Assembly: GCA_964421125.1 (NCBI GenBank)
Contig: CAYQVD010000004.1
Span: 930-64,929, forward strand
Direction: 5' to 3'
Length of the DNA: 64,000 nucleotides
DNA from: an uncultured Bdellovibrionales bacterium
GTDB taxonomy: Bacteria > Patescibacteriota > Minisyncoccia > Moranbacterales > DUUL01
Shown: positions 17,866 through 29,800 of the stretch, one piece after another
Numbering within the stretch: the first letter of the stretch is position 1
How the letters are laid out: each line of letters opens with the position of its first letter
The notes under the pieces: generated by a model
What the model saw: the letters and a program-made list of their open reading frames with translations, nothing else
Told to the model about the DNA's origin: nothing
Databases searched by the model: none
Program-made: the position numbers and the translations under genes

Positions 17866-18906
17866 ATGGAAAAGAAAAATAAAAAACAAGAACGACAATT
17901 ATTATTTAATAAGATTGCAATCTTTTTTGCGATTATGTTTTTGGCTTGGTTTAATTTGTCAAGGGCGGATATTAATGGTCTTAATGTTTTTCAAGATAAG
18001 GATCAAGATGGTATTTCTGATAAAGAAGAATATTCTTATGGAACAGATCCAGAGAAAAAAGATACTGATGGAGATGGTTATTCTGATAAGGTTGAAATTG
18101 AAAGTGGATATGATCCACTAAAACCTGCTCCAGGAGATAAGTTAATTGCGGATAAAGAGACCCAGGTCTTAGGAGATAACGATGTTAATCTTACAGAAGA
18201 GTTTTTTGAAGAAATTAAAAACGAAGAATTTGGTGAGGCGGCGATTTTAAATGAATTAATAACCACAGGAGATGTTACTGAAGAAGAATTAAGTGAATTA
18301 TATTCTGAAAGTGGAGGAGAAGGTGATTTAAGTGAGATTATTAATGGATTAGCTGATGAAAATTTAACCAAAGAAATAGAAGTTGAAATTTCCGAGGATG
18401 ATATAAAGATTCTGTCTAAGCCAGAAGGAGAAGAAGATGAGGTGAGACAAGTCGAAAAAGAGCAAATAGAAGGATACATGAGTTCAATTTTATATATTTT
18501 AGCAGTAAATCGTCCTTTTGAATTAGATGATATTAGTGATTTACCTAGTAAGATATCAGATTATATTTTTCAAATTGAAGGTGATATTGAAGGAGGAAAT
18601 TTAAAGGAGATACAAGAATATAAAAACACAATAAAAGAAACATTTGAACAAATCAAAAAACTTGAAGCCCCATATGTTTTAGTGGAACAGCATTTATCCA
18701 TTTTAAATATTTATCAAATTTTTTACAATGAAATTGATGAAATGAAACTATTAAGTGATGATGACCCTCTTACGCTTTTAGTTTATGCTGGAAAAATAGA
18801 AGGACTTTTTTTTGAACTTGAGCTTGTTCAACAAGAAATACAAGAAGTTTTAGATGAATATGAAATAGACTCCTTTGATTTATCATCAGTGGCTGATAAT
18901 TTTTAA
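17866..18906 (+). CDS. Secreted acidic protein with thrombospondin-type-3-like Ca-binding repeats (DKDQDGISDKEE / DTDGDGYSDKVE)
   Basis: N-terminal signal/TM segment, DxDxDG repeats, and Glu/Asp-rich remainder. Confidence 0.55.
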   Translation: MEKKNKKQERQLLFNKIAIFFAIMFLAWFNLSRADINGLNVFQDKDQDGISDKEEYSYGTDPEKKDTDGDGYSDKVEIESGYDPLKPAPGDKLIADKETQVLGDNDVNLTEEFFEEIKNEEFGEAAILNELITTGDVTEEELSELYSESGGEGDLSEIINGLADENLTKEIEVEISEDDIKILSKPEGEEDEVRQVEKEQIEGYMSSILYILAVNRPFELDDISDLPSKISDYIFQIEGDIEGGNLKEIQEYKNTIKETFEQIKKLEAPYVLVEQHLSILNIYQIFYNEIDEMKLLSDDDPLTLLVYAGKIEGLFFELELVQQEIQEVLDEYEIDSFDLSSVADNF

Positions 18907-18949
18907 GGATTTTTGGTAAATAAATTTATTAAAAGATTTATCTTAAGGA

Positions 18950-19882
18950 ATGTTAAATAAAAGTAAAAAAACTTTAATTATATTTTTAATAGCAATATTT
19001 TTTGTTTTTAATTTTAATATTAAAAAAGTCAATGCGGGAGGATTGTGGTTTGAGTCGATTGCAGCCGAAATAATGCATGAAACTTGGGCGGAACTGTCAG
19101 AACAAATTAAAGGGATATTTATTGCAAAACTTAAGCAAGAAGGACTGAAGGCCTTTGCTAATACAGTTAGGGGTGAAGCAGATGATCAGTTAATTACTAA
19201 TTTTAATTCCTATTTAAGTGGTGAAGTTAAAAATGAAACAGAAGATTATGTAACTAATCTTTATGCAACAGTAGCAGATAGAGATAGTGGGGGTGATTAT
19301 ACTGATATGGCAAGAGGAATAACGCAAAAGGCTATTCAAAACGATTTATCTTCTGAAGTAGGGGGATCAGAAATAGAAAATATACTTAATCCGGGTGCTA
19401 ACGTGAAAGAAGATCTTTTTAAAGCATCTTCTGGGGGAGGAGTTGAAGTTATCCCTCGGATATTAGGTGATAGAGAAAATTTATATGGAAGATTTATGGG
19501 TGAAGCTACAAATATAAGTAATACCAGAGAAGTTATTAAAGAAGCGAAGATAACGGAGGCAACTGGACATGGCTACAGGGGAAATGGAGAGGTTTCTGGA
19601 GAAGTACTTGCTAGTAAGGTTGCTAAAGCAGAGACACTACAACAAGACTTGATTGCTAATGCGACAACTGCTGGAGAGATAGCAGCAATAATGGGAACGG
19701 AATTTGATCCATCGGAGATATTAGCAGCATCTTTAAGATCAGGGAAAGAGGCTTTAAGGAGCCTGGCAAAAGGAGCTTTAGGACCTCTTTATAAAGGTGT
19801 TGCAGGAGTAACAGGTTTGCAGGCTGTAGATGCAATAGCAGGAGGAAATTATTCAGGAATGGGATCTGTTTCATTTCAATAA
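18950..19882 (+). CDS. Secreted Gly/Ala-rich hypothetical protein
   Basis: Signal peptide ...KKVNA|GG; no recognisable domain. Confidence 0.5.
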   Translation: MLNKSKKTLIIFLIAIFFVFNFNIKKVNAGGLWFESIAAEIMHETWAELSEQIKGIFIAKLKQEGLKAFANTVRGEADDQLITNFNSYLSGEVKNETEDYVTNLYATVADRDSGGDYTDMARGITQKAIQNDLSSEVGGSEIENILNPGANVKEDLFKASSGGGVEVIPRILGDRENLYGRFMGEATNISNTREVIKEAKITEATGHGYRGNGEVSGEVLASKVAKAETLQQDLIANATTAGEIAAIMGTEFDPSEILAASLRSGKEALRSLAKGALGPLYKGVAGVTGLQAVDAIAGGNYSGMGSVSFQ

Positions 19883-20047
19883 TAAGGTTTAATGCAAAAA
19901 TTTAAAATAAAAAATCATTATTTTAAAAACAAGCAATTTTTAAGCAGTTGTTATTTTTTAATGAGTAATTATATTTTTAAAATTAAAAAAACAATAGAAG
20001 ACAGATTGTTTCTGTTTTATTTTAAGTTAGAAAATTTTACTGGAAAG

Positions 20048-22057
20048 ATGAGAAATAAAAAAACAATTAGTTTTGTGGCTTCATTTTTTTTATTACTTAT
20101 ACCATTTTTTTCTTTTGCAACAGAAGAGGGAGTCAAGGCTCCTGACTTATTGGAAGAACCTACCGGTGGCTTTTGGGGAAATATGTTTTTTAAAGGAACG
20201 CTTACTATTTTTTATTTAATATTCAAACTTATTGCATATATTTATTTTTTCTTTTTAAAAATTTTAGATTTTACGATATCTGGTAGATTATTTGATGATG
20301 TTTTTTTCTCCCCAACATCTTTAGTTGTTTTAAATACTTCATGGGCAGTTATTCGTGATTTTTTTAATTTATTTTTTATTCTTATTATAGTTTTTATTGC
20401 AATTTCAATCATTTTGGGAATTGATAAATATAATGATAAAAAATTAATTTTTAGAGTGATAATGGCAGCAGTTTTGGTAAATTTTTCAAAAGCAATTTCT
20501 TTAGTGATTATTGATATTTCACAATTAACTATGGGATTTTTTAGTCAAGCAATTACTTTGGTTGGGAATAATTTCATTAATGTTTTTGCTGATAAGCTTA
20601 GTATGGGAAAGGTATTAGGAGGCTTTCCATTTGACAATTCCGCTACTTTTTTTGTTGCATTATTGATATCAATTATTTTTTTGTTTTGTTTGACAGTTTT
20701 AATAGGAATTTTAGCGATAGCTATGGTAATTCGTTTAGTGGCTTTTTGGGTTTTAGTGATTCTTTCTCCAATGGCTATGTTTGGACTTTCTCTTCCGGGA
20801 ACTGCAATTGGAAAGTTAACAAAAAAATGGTTTGAAAAAATGGTTTCATGGGCATTTTTTGGTCCGTTAATGATGTTTTTTTTATGGTTAGCTTTGATAG
20901 TGGTTAGTACGGCTTCAGCGGCTATAACTAGTGGCGATGCTGGTATGTTTGGATCGGTATCCGTTGGTGTTAATCAAAAGGCCTTAGAACAAATGATTTC
21001 TGAAGTTTTAAAAATGCTAATTCCTTTTATCGCAGGAGCTTATTTGCTTTGGTATGGATTTGATCAATCCAGAACATTGTCTCAAGGAGCGGCAAGTGCA
21101 GTTATAGGGTGGGGAGGGGAAAATATGAGTAAATGGGGAAAAACAGCTGCTAAGGGAGTTGGTTATACCGCAGCAGCTCCTCTTGTTGCAGCAGGGGCAG
21201 TAGGAGCTTATGGAGCGAATATGGCGGCAGGAGGAAGTAAAAATCCTCTTAGATTAAAAGAGGATTTAAAAGCTAGATATGAAGGAACAAAAAATCGTGT
21301 AAAAAATTCAAAAATAGTTAAGCCTTTTACAAAAGAAGAAAGAGAAAAAGACTATAAAAATAAAGTTGCTAGGTATTCTGGTGAAACAGAAGAACTTGAA
21401 CGAAGTGTAAATAATGAGGAAGTGAAAAAACTTGAAGAGGATAAGTCTCTTACTAAGGATGATGCTATGTCAAAAATGAATAACACAAGGGCCAGTAAAG
21501 AATCAAGAGTTGCAGCAGCAATGTATTTATCAAAAAAAGGATTTTTAAATAAAGGAAAAGAGCATTCAGCGGCTGAGGAGGCGATGAAATTAACAGGAAA
21601 TAATTCACTCAAGGATACTTTTGATAAAAATTCAAAAGATAAAAATTCTCTTGGTAGATACGAAAGTAATATTAATAAACAAAAAGCTATTGTTAAAAAG
21701 GAAGGGGTAATTACAAATGAAAAGCAGATTGGAATAGAAGCGGAAAACCGTGCAAAGTCTGAAGTTAAAAAAGATATAGACAAAAAATCTCTTGATGACA
21801 TATTAAAAATGGATAAAGAGCTTCTTGAGGATAAAGAAATTTTTGATCATATTAAAAAGATGGGATTTGATCTTAATAATGCTGTTAAAAAAGGCAATAA
21901 GAACTTAACAGGAAAAAAGGCAAGAGCAATTAGAGGGAATCTTAATCTACAAGAAGATAAAAAAACAGTTAAGAATATAAGAACTCATTCTGATGTACAA
22001 AGAGACTTAAGACTTAGAAATGACAAAGAGATAAAAAAACATTTTCCTGAAAAATAA
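20048..22057 (+). CDS. VirB6/TrbL/PrgH-like polytopic membrane protein with a charged C-terminal tail (T4SS channel-component candidate)
   Basis: Signal peptide plus about 8 TM segments, then a ~280-aa Lys/Glu-rich tail. It lies upstream of the PrgI-like and VirB4 genes. The likely start is ATG at 20048 (MRNKKTISFVASFF...) rather than the track's 19892. Confidence 0.5.
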   Translation: MRNKKTISFVASFFLLLIPFFSFATEEGVKAPDLLEEPTGGFWGNMFFKGTLTIFYLIFKLIAYIYFFFLKILDFTISGRLFDDVFFSPTSLVVLNTSWAVIRDFFNLFFILIIVFIAISIILGIDKYNDKKLIFRVIMAAVLVNFSKAISLVIIDISQLTMGFFSQAITLVGNNFINVFADKLSMGKVLGGFPFDNSATFFVALLISIIFLFCLTVLIGILAIAMVIRLVAFWVLVILSPMAMFGLSLPGTAIGKLTKKWFEKMVSWAFFGPLMMFFLWLALIVVSTASAAITSGDAGMFGSVSVGVNQKALEQMISEVLKMLIPFIAGAYLLWYGFDQSRTLSQGAASAVIGWGGENMSKWGKTAAKGVGYTAAAPLVAAGAVGAYGANMAAGGSKNPLRLKEDLKARYEGTKNRVKNSKIVKPFTKEEREKDYKNKVARYSGETEELERSVNNEEVKKLEEDKSLTKDDAMSKMNNTRASKESRVAAAMYLSKKGFLNKGKEHSAAEEAMKLTGNNSLKDTFDKNSKDKNSLGRYESNINKQKAIVKKEGVITNEKQIGIEAENRAKSEVKKDIDKKSLDDILKMDKELLEDKEIFDHIKKMGFDLNNAVKKGNKNLTGKKARAIRGNLNLQEDKKTVKNIRTHSDVQRDLRLRNDKEIKKHFPEK

Positions 22058-22063
22058 AAATAT

Positions 22064-23107
22064 ATGAAAATAAATAAATTACAACTTAATCCTGTTTTTG
22101 CGAGAATTAATAGTGATGACAAAGTTGATGGAGATGAGTTTGAGATATGGTATGAAGAAAAATTTCAAAAAGCTTCGCTTGAAGTGAGACTTGGAATTGG
22201 TGGTGACACGGTAGAAGAAGAAATTCAAAAAATTTGTGAGAAATTTGGGATTTCTGATTGGCAGAAAATTGGATATACAGCCAGGATAATTAGAGATATT
22301 TTTTGTGATGATCTCAAAGAAGACGGAATAAAAAAGATAGCAATTGAGAATATTAATATTGAAAAAGCTGATTTAGCAGTTTTTCTTCAGTTAATTAAAG
22401 AAATAGTAAAAAAAATTAAACAAGCTGGAGAAAAAGAATATACTGAAATAATTGATAAATTAACACTAAAGGAAGCAGTGAGGCTATATCCAGAAATTCA
22501 AAAACAACAAATTTCAGAGAAAGCATTGAGACCTGAAGGTAGCGAATATTTAGTGGCGGGTAATGTAAAAAATTGGTTAACAAATTATTTTCAAGAAGTA
22601 GGGGGGAATAAGCATAGTTCTCTTGAAAGAAGTGATTATTTGTTTAAATCAAAGAGCGTTAAGGGTTTAGATCAAGATGAAATAGAGAATCTAGGAGTGA
22701 TTTTAAAAGCCTTTGATGATGATTCTCTTGTGGCAGTTGACAAGGAATTTAAGGAGATTGATTTTAACGAAAGTAGAGCGTTGGATAATGGGAAAAGAAA
22801 ATTAAATGGTATTATGAAAAGTTATGATAATAACTTGGAAAATGATTTAGTTGAAAATAAAGGAATAGAAAGAATTTCAAAACAACCTGAATATAATTTA
22901 AAACAAAAAGATAAATTTGAAAAAATTGAGAGTACTCCTAGGTTTGAAGTGGACGGAAATTCCAAAAAAAATAATTCAGAAATTCCAAGTAATAATGTCA
23001 TTAGTCTTAAACAAACAGATCCGAATCTTCAGGTAGAAAAAAAAGAAAAGAAAAAAAGTAGAAGTGAAAACGATCAAAATGTTTTAGATTTGAGTGATTT
23101 TGTATAA
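22064..23107 (+). CDS. Hypothetical soluble protein within the T4SS-like cluster
   Basis: 347-aa ORF lying between the VirB6-like and PrgI-like genes; no recognisable domain. Confidence 0.5.
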   Translation: MKINKLQLNPVFARINSDDKVDGDEFEIWYEEKFQKASLEVRLGIGGDTVEEEIQKICEKFGISDWQKIGYTARIIRDIFCDDLKEDGIKKIAIENINIEKADLAVFLQLIKEIVKKIKQAGEKEYTEIIDKLTLKEAVRLYPEIQKQQISEKALRPEGSEYLVAGNVKNWLTNYFQEVGGNKHSSLERSDYLFKSKSVKGLDQDEIENLGVILKAFDDDSLVAVDKEFKEIDFNESRALDNGKRKLNGIMKSYDNNLENDLVENKGIERISKQPEYNLKQKDKFEKIESTPRFEVDGNSKKNNSEIPSNNVISLKQTDPNLQVEKKEKKKSRSENDQNVLDLSDFV

Positions 23108-23119
23108 GCAAATAATAAA

Positions 23120-23521
23120 ATGCGTTATCAAGTCCCACAATTTATTGATATAGAAGACAAAATTGCTTTTCAGTTAACCGCTAAGCAATTGGGTTGGTTT
23201 GCTATTGGTGGAGTAATGCTATTTGTTCTTTGGACTTTTGTTTCGTTTGTCCTGTTTGTTGTTTTTGGCATTATGATCATTGGTGCCTCAGCTGGATTAG
23301 CCTTTGTTAAGATTAATGGAGCGTCGTTATTAGAATATCTTGGTAATAGTTCAACATTTTTTTTCAAACCAAGAATTTTTATTTGGAGAAAAACAGTTAG
23401 TTCTGCAGAAGGTTTATATCAAAAAGCTAGCCCTAATTTACAGAAAAATAATAAAACAAGAGTAAAAAAGAAAAAAATTGAAGATTTAGACAAAATAGTA
23501 AACATTCTTAATTCACAGTAA
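23120..23521 (+). CDS. PrgI-family / VirB3-like small membrane protein
   Basis: MRYQVPQFIDIEDKIAFQLTAKQLGWFAIGG followed by two TM segments is the typical PrgI opening and architecture. Confidence 0.5.
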   Translation: MRYQVPQFIDIEDKIAFQLTAKQLGWFAIGGVMLFVLWTFVSFVLFVVFGIMIIGASAGLAFVKINGASLLEYLGNSSTFFFKPRIFIWRKTVSSAEGLYQKASPNLQKNNKTRVKKKKIEDLDKIVNILNSQ

Positions 23522-23538
23522 CTTTAAAGTTAACGGTT

Positions 23539-24216
23539 ATGCAAGAAAATAAAAACAAAGATAAATATCCATCCTTTCAGGATCAAATGGATATTGCTGA
23601 AATAAAAGAAAATGCAGTTGTCTTAAAAGATGGTTCTTTGAGAGCAGTTCTAGCTGTTTCTGCGATTAATTTTGATTTAAAATCTGACCAAGAACAAGAA
23701 GGACTAATTTTTGCTTATCAAGGATTTTTAAATGCTTTTGATTTCCCTTTTCAAATAGTTGTTTCTTCAAAGAAATTTGATGTTGATCCATATTTATCAA
23801 TGTTGAAAAGAAAAGGTCGAACAGAAACAAATGAATTACTTCGAAGACAAATAGAGGATTATACAACTTTTGTTGGTGAATTAGTTGGAATGGCTAATAT
23901 TATGACTAAACTTTTTTATATTATTATTCCTTTTTACTCAATAGAAAATAAACAAAAAGGATTTTTAAGTAAGATTTCTTCTACTATTAATCCAAGAAAA
24001 ACTATCTATCAAAAAAACGAAGATTTTGAAACATATAAAAATCAACTTTTTCAAAGAGTTGATCAAATAAGTGAAACATTATCTGGCACAGGTGTTAAAA
24101 TGGTTCCACTTAGCACAGAAGAATTAATTGAACTTTTTTATAATTCATATAATCCATCTGAATTTGAGTATGTAAAAATGGAGGATTTAAATAAAATGGA
24201 ATTGGAGAAGAAGTAA
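23539..24216 (+). CDS. Hypothetical T4SS-associated protein
   Basis: 225-aa ORF lying between the PrgI-like and VirB4 genes; any resemblance to a VirB4 N-terminal domain is speculative. Confidence 0.45.
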   Translation: MQENKNKDKYPSFQDQMDIAEIKENAVVLKDGSLRAVLAVSAINFDLKSDQEQEGLIFAYQGFLNAFDFPFQIVVSSKKFDVDPYLSMLKRKGRTETNELLRRQIEDYTTFVGELVGMANIMTKLFYIIIPFYSIENKQKGFLSKISSTINPRKTIYQKNEDFETYKNQLFQRVDQISETLSGTGVKMVPLSTEELIELFYNSYNPSEFEYVKMEDLNKMELEKK

Positions 24217-24234
24217 AAATAAGAAATAATTAAG

Positions 24235-26085
24235 ATGTTCAAGTTATCTAAAAAGAAAAAAGAAAATAAAGAAAAGCAACAAATTGCTCAAGTTCCGAAT
24301 ATTAATAAGAATGATATTCAAGAGCAAAATAGAATTTACAGAGAAGGTCTAGTCAGGGTTTTAGATTTTATTGCTCCTTCAGCTTTAGCTATTTCTTCTT
24401 CTAATATTCAAATTGGAGAAGTTTATTGTCGAACGTTGTTTATAACAGCTTATCCAAAAATTTTACCAATTGGATGGATGGGGGGGATTATTTCCTTGGA
24501 TTTGCCAATGGATATATCTATTTTTGTTCACCCAATTGAAACTGTTAAGATAATGAAGTCTTTGCGAAAAAAAACCACTCAAATTCAATCAGAGCTTGAC
24601 ATCGAATCAAAAAAGGGATTAACCCGTAATCCAATGCTTGAAATGGCGTATAGAAATGTAGAAGAATTAAGAGATAAATTGCAAGAAGGAGTTGAAAAGT
24701 TTTTTAAGATGGGCGTTTATGTAAATGTTTTTGGAAAAAGTTCTGAAAAGCTTGATAAAAATGCTTCATATCTAATCACAACTCTTGAGTCACAATCAAT
24801 TTATGCGAAAAAATCAATTTTTCGGATGAAAGAAGGTTTTGACTCATGTTTACCATTATGTACGGATAAGCTTATGACTGGAATTGATTTTAATACAGCA
24901 CCTTTATCAACTTCATTTCCTTTTATTTCTGCTGATGTGACTTCTAATGAAGGAATTTTGTATGGAGTAAATAAGCACAATAATTCTTTGATTCTTTTTG
25001 ATCGTTTTACAATGGAAAATGCCAATATGGTAGTTTTTGCAAAATCTGGAGCTGGTAAAAGTTATGCGATTAAATTAGAATTATTACGTTCATTAATGCT
25101 TGGAACGAGTGTTATTGTCATTGATCCAGAAGACGAGTATCGATATTTAGCAGAGGCAGTAGATGGAAGTTTTATAAAAATTTCTCTTAACTCTCCTCAT
25201 CATGTTAATCCTTTTCAGTTAGCTATTGAAAAAGGTGTTGATATAAGCGAATTATTGAGATCTAATATCGCTAATTTACTTGGTCTTTTTAAGTTAATGC
25301 TTGGAAGTATAACCCCAGAAGAAAGCGCTGTTCTTGAGAGAGCGATTAGGGAAGTTTATGCATCAAGAGATATCTCAGAAAAAACTTCGCCAGAAAGATT
25401 AGCGGGGATTACCATGCCAATTTTATCTGATTTATATGAAGTTTTGAGAAATATGCAAGGCTCAGAGGATTTAGCAATTAGACTAGAAAAATATACAAAA
25501 GGAGTCTTTTCGGGGTTCTTAAATCATCCATCAAATATATCACTTAATAATCAGTTAGTAGTTTTTAACATTAGAGACCTTGAGGAAGAATTGAGACCAA
25601 TTGCTATGTATCTAATTTTACATCATATTTGGAATGAAATTCGAGTAGATATTAAAAAACGAATAATTGTGGTTGATGAAGCTTGGGTAATGATGGAACA
25701 TGAAGCTGCTGCAAAATTCTTATATTCAATTGCAAAAAGAGTTAGAAAATATTATGGAGGATTAACTACTATAACTCAAGATATTTCCGATTTTATGTCT
25801 TCAAAATATGGAAAACCAATTGTTTCAAATTCTTCTATGCAACTTCTTATGAAACAATCACAATCTTCGATTGATGTAGTGGCTAATACATTTTATTTAA
25901 CAGATAGAGAAAAATATCTTTTAATGAATAGTGGAGTAGGGGAAGGGATCTTTTTCGCTGGTTCTAAGCGAGCTGCAATTCAGGTGGTGGCTTCGTATAA
26001 TGAGGATAAACTTGTGACAACTGATCCAGCACAGCGCTTAGAAATGAAAAAAGAAGAAGTTTCTGATGAGATTGAATTACTTTAA
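24235..26085 (+). CDS. virB4: VirB4/TrsE/PrgJ-family type IV secretion ATPase
   Basis: ...DFIAPSALAISSSNIQIGEVYCRTLFITAYPKILPIGWMGG..., Walker A FAKSGAGKSY, Walker B IVVDEAWVMM, and ...TTITQDISDF. Confidence 0.85.
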   Translation: MFKLSKKKKENKEKQQIAQVPNINKNDIQEQNRIYREGLVRVLDFIAPSALAISSSNIQIGEVYCRTLFITAYPKILPIGWMGGIISLDLPMDISIFVHPIETVKIMKSLRKKTTQIQSELDIESKKGLTRNPMLEMAYRNVEELRDKLQEGVEKFFKMGVYVNVFGKSSEKLDKNASYLITTLESQSIYAKKSIFRMKEGFDSCLPLCTDKLMTGIDFNTAPLSTSFPFISADVTSNEGILYGVNKHNNSLILFDRFTMENANMVVFAKSGAGKSYAIKLELLRSLMLGTSVIVIDPEDEYRYLAEAVDGSFIKISLNSPHHVNPFQLAIEKGVDISELLRSNIANLLGLFKLMLGSITPEESAVLERAIREVYASRDISEKTSPERLAGITMPILSDLYEVLRNMQGSEDLAIRLEKYTKGVFSGFLNHPSNISLNNQLVVFNIRDLEEELRPIAMYLILHHIWNEIRVDIKKRIIVVDEAWVMMEHEAAAKFLYSIAKRVRKYYGGLTTITQDISDFMSSKYGKPIVSNSSMQLLMKQSQSSIDVVANTFYLTDREKYLLMNSGVGEGIFFAGSKRAAIQVVASYNEDKLVTTDPAQRLEMKKEEVSDEIELL

Positions 26086-26134
26086 GTTACGATAAGAATC
26101 TTTATAAAAAAAGAATGTTATAAGGGAAATTTAA

Positions 26135-26812
26135 ATGAAAGCAAAAATATTAAATAAAAAAAATCAATTTTATGTAACATTATTAATTAGTGTTATTATT
26201 ATTGGTTTGCAATGGTTATTAATGAGAGATGTTAAAACTAATGGCGTTTGGGAATGGCTTCTTTCTTCTCTTTTTTTGTTTTTTATTTTACCAATAATCG
26301 TTATTAAATTTTATTTTAAAGAAAATCTTTCTAGTTTTCATTTATCTTTTAATTTTGGATTACGAGAAATTTTAACTACATTAATTTCTGGAGGAATTTT
26401 TATTGGAATATTTTTGTTATTAATGGTAAAATTTAGTTGGTATGAAAATTTCCCTTTTTCAGATTTTTACTTAGGAGATAAAAACGTTTTTCTTTTTATT
26501 TGTTTTTTAATTTCTCCATTAGTTATTTTTTTTAGACAATTTTTCTTTTTGGGATTTTTGTTAAAATCAGCTGAAAAAGTAGTTGGAGCATGGAGGGGTG
26601 TGATAATTTTTTTTATTTTTCTTTTTCTTGCATTTTTTATATCGGGAAAAGATTTTTCAGTTGTGGTTTTTTCTTTAACTTTATTTGTGAATATTTTTCT
26701 TGCATGGTTAGTTTTAAGAACGAGAACAGTCATTTTAACATCTTTGGTTGCTTGGATTATTAGTATGGTAATTGATTTTACTATTTTTTATCAGATAAGT
26801 CTTATTAGATAA
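26135..26812 (+). CDS. Polytopic membrane protein, possibly a degenerate CPBP/Abi-like protein
   Basis: About 6 TM segments; no clear catalytic motifs. Confidence 0.4.
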   Translation: MKAKILNKKNQFYVTLLISVIIIGLQWLLMRDVKTNGVWEWLLSSLFLFFILPIIVIKFYFKENLSSFHLSFNFGLREILTTLISGGIFIGIFLLLMVKFSWYENFPFSDFYLGDKNVFLFICFLISPLVIFFRQFFFLGFLLKSAEKVVGAWRGVIIFFIFLFLAFFISGKDFSVVVFSLTLFVNIFLAWLVLRTRTVILTSLVAWIISMVIDFTIFYQISLIR

Positions 26813-26824
26813 TATGATATATAA

Positions 26825-29800
26825 ATGAAAACAAAAATTAAAAAAATATTAAGCATTTTTCTTGTTATTTTTCTTTTTATTCCATATATTTCTTTGGCTG
26901 AAAGTTTTGGTATTAGCGGAGGCAATCTTGATTCTCTTGGCACTCTAGGTAGTGTTGGTAGTCTAGGTAGTCTTTTGGGTATTAGTAGTGTTAGCGAATT
27001 TGTAACGCAAGGATCAGCTACAGTAGAAGATCGCTATGGGTTTGATAAAAATATGATGCGTCGGGCTCAGCAAAAAGAAGATGTTCCAACGGCTGAAATA
27101 AATTTTAGCAACACTTCTCCTGAAGAAGGGGATTTTGTTTCTGCCACAGCTTATTCACAAAGATTCAAAAATGTTGCTGAAGATCTTTATTATACTTGGT
27201 ATATTGTTCATGTTGATCAAAAGGGAGATTATGTTGATTCTTCTGGTAATAAAATTATCAAGGACTGTGATGAAGAAGAAGACAAAGAAGAGTGTAAGGA
27301 GTGGAATGAGTCTGCGGTGATTGAAAAAGGAAAAGTGGAAGCGATGGGAAGAATTGCAAGAGGGGATTTTGATCCTGCCCTTTTTGGGGTGGATTATGAT
27401 GCAATTGTTAATCAAGGGGTCAATAACGATGGCACTGTGTATATTGATGATGATGATGGTTTTTATACCCCCTTTGGCGGAAGAGAAGGGGTTGGAGGAA
27501 GAGATGGTGACCGTGATGAAATTGGAGGGATTGGTTCATATGAGACAGAAGACGAAAACATGAAAGACAAAAAAAGAGGAATTGTTCGAGGTGATCGAAT
27601 TACCCGTTGTTATCGACACAATTTTGGAAATGTTTCAGGTGGAGTAGAAGATGTGGATTCAGGAAAGGATTTAATTGTTGAATGTAAGCATAAGTTTGCA
27701 GATCCTGATTATTTAGAAGATTATAGTGGGTATAAAGAAATGGGTGACACGATTAAGAAATACACTATTTCATGTGTTAATCCAGGAAAAATAGGAGACA
27801 ATAAGTTTGATGAAGAAGATGAGGCTTGTTGGAGATTGAATCCAAATAGCGCAGATACTGACGGGGATGGTTTCGTGGATGAAGCAGATCTAGCAGGGGT
27901 AGGTCAGTCAACTTTTTCTTGGAGATACAAAGAAGGGGATCGGGTTGGAGTGATTATTGAAGGAACATCAATGACGGCTATAAATGATGATGGCTCTATT
28001 CCAGATGAAGAAAGTGATTATAAAGATGAAATAGCAGAAACAGCTGGTATTCAAGAAGAAGAAAATACTTTATATATAGGAGGAGGATTTATTGAAAAAG
28101 CTTCTCTTGTTGTGGCTATAAGAGAGATTTTTAATAGAGAATTTGATTCTGCTTCTTGGAATTCTGCAAATGACGAGACGAATATTGAAGATCTTATTGA
28201 AGCAATTGATTCAGCTGGAGTTACAAAAACCGGAGGAATTATTAATGCAGAGGAATTAGAAGAAGCGCTTCATGACGGAAAAACTATTAGTAGTCTTCAA
28301 AGAGAATTTTCTAATAATCATATGGAAGTGGATGATTATATGAATGATGATTATATTGAAATAACAGGTCAGTTTAGTGCAAAAGATCTTTTCTTAACTT
28401 TAGCAGGGTATTTTCGTATAAATCAATATGAACTGAGAGATATTATTATGGATCAATCTTTAGGAGTCCAATTAGAAATTGCTGAAAAAATAATTCCCAG
28501 ACTTTATAATATGTATGATTGGACATTGATGACAGAAGCAGAGGCATTGCAAACATTAGAGGACGATGTTTGGTATTGTAATTCTTGTGGAGGACCATAT
28601 GAAATCACCTCCTTTCTTTTTGAATATTGGTCAGGAACAGACAAAAACGATCCAGAGGAATACTATGAACTTACTCAAGAAGATATAAATGGCTGGTATT
28701 TTAATGAATTAGTTTTAGGAGATGCAGGATATAATCCTCTTATAACAACTCCTCAGTATCCATATGCCGTGTCAATTCCTGTTGATAGTGTTTATCATTT
28801 TTTTGAAGATGGAATTAATATGTTTAGTACTAGTTTAGTGCAGACTTCATCTGAAGTAGAAACGACTCTTGAAGATGGTCTTCATGCAGCTTTTATTTCG
28901 AGTTCAAGCGGTTCTTCTCAGGATGATTTAGAAGACGACTTAGCAGAATTTGATTCAAAAAGTGCGTCGAGTGCTTATTATAAGATAATGTGGGCAGGAT
29001 TGGGTATTTGTTCAAAGGAGAATGATGAAGATGATGAGGGTGGTTTAGATGGAAATGAATGTGCAAAAAATCCTGAGGATTATTATGAGAACAAGAATTA
29101 TGAAGATTATGACATGGATGAGAATCCAGAGGATGGAAGTAAATATGACCCAACAGAATATGGCTTTAATTATTTAGAAACTAGACCTGTTCTTCTAAAA
29201 GAAGCTGAAACTCTTAAAACAGCACTAATTTATTCCCCAAGAAATCCTTTGTATGATGATCTAAATCCATTTCTTTCTGATACGATAACTATTTATTCAC
29301 AACTTGAGGACGCAACAGTGGATAGTAATTTTGTTCATTATGATTGGGAGATATATAAATGTAGTAGCTTAAATGATGATACTTGTACGGAAAGTGATGC
29401 TAATTGGCTTACGAAGAAATGTGCAGGTTCAACAGGAAAGGTTCTAGGTCTTTCTTTAGAAGAGTGTACAGAAAAAAGTACGGGGACAATAGAGAATGTA
29501 ACAATGTTTACGTCTGATTCACTTGCTTCGGGAATGGGTGTTTCTAGTATTAGTTTTACTCCTAATGGATATTATTCTAATGAATATGAAACAGGTAATT
29601 TATTGACAGATGACAGTGAGGGAAAACTTTTCTTTAAAATTGCCTTAAAAACAAAAGAGTTGAATTCTTCTGATACAATGGCACTTTCAACTACTATGAT
29701 TCAAGTGGACAAAAAAGATCTTAAGATAGAATTTTACAAAACACGTAAAAATAGTGACGGAGAATTTACTTATCTAGATGAAAAAGAAGCTGAAATGGAG

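Noticed and set aside
23539-24216. Separate VirB4 N-terminal domain ORF (split VirB4)
   Set aside because: The downstream ORF 24235-26085 already contains the Gram-positive-type VirB4 N-terminal signature (IAPS...IGEVYCRTLFITAYP...GW). Similarity of the 225-aa ORF to a Gram-negative-style N-domain is too weak to assert without an HMM search.
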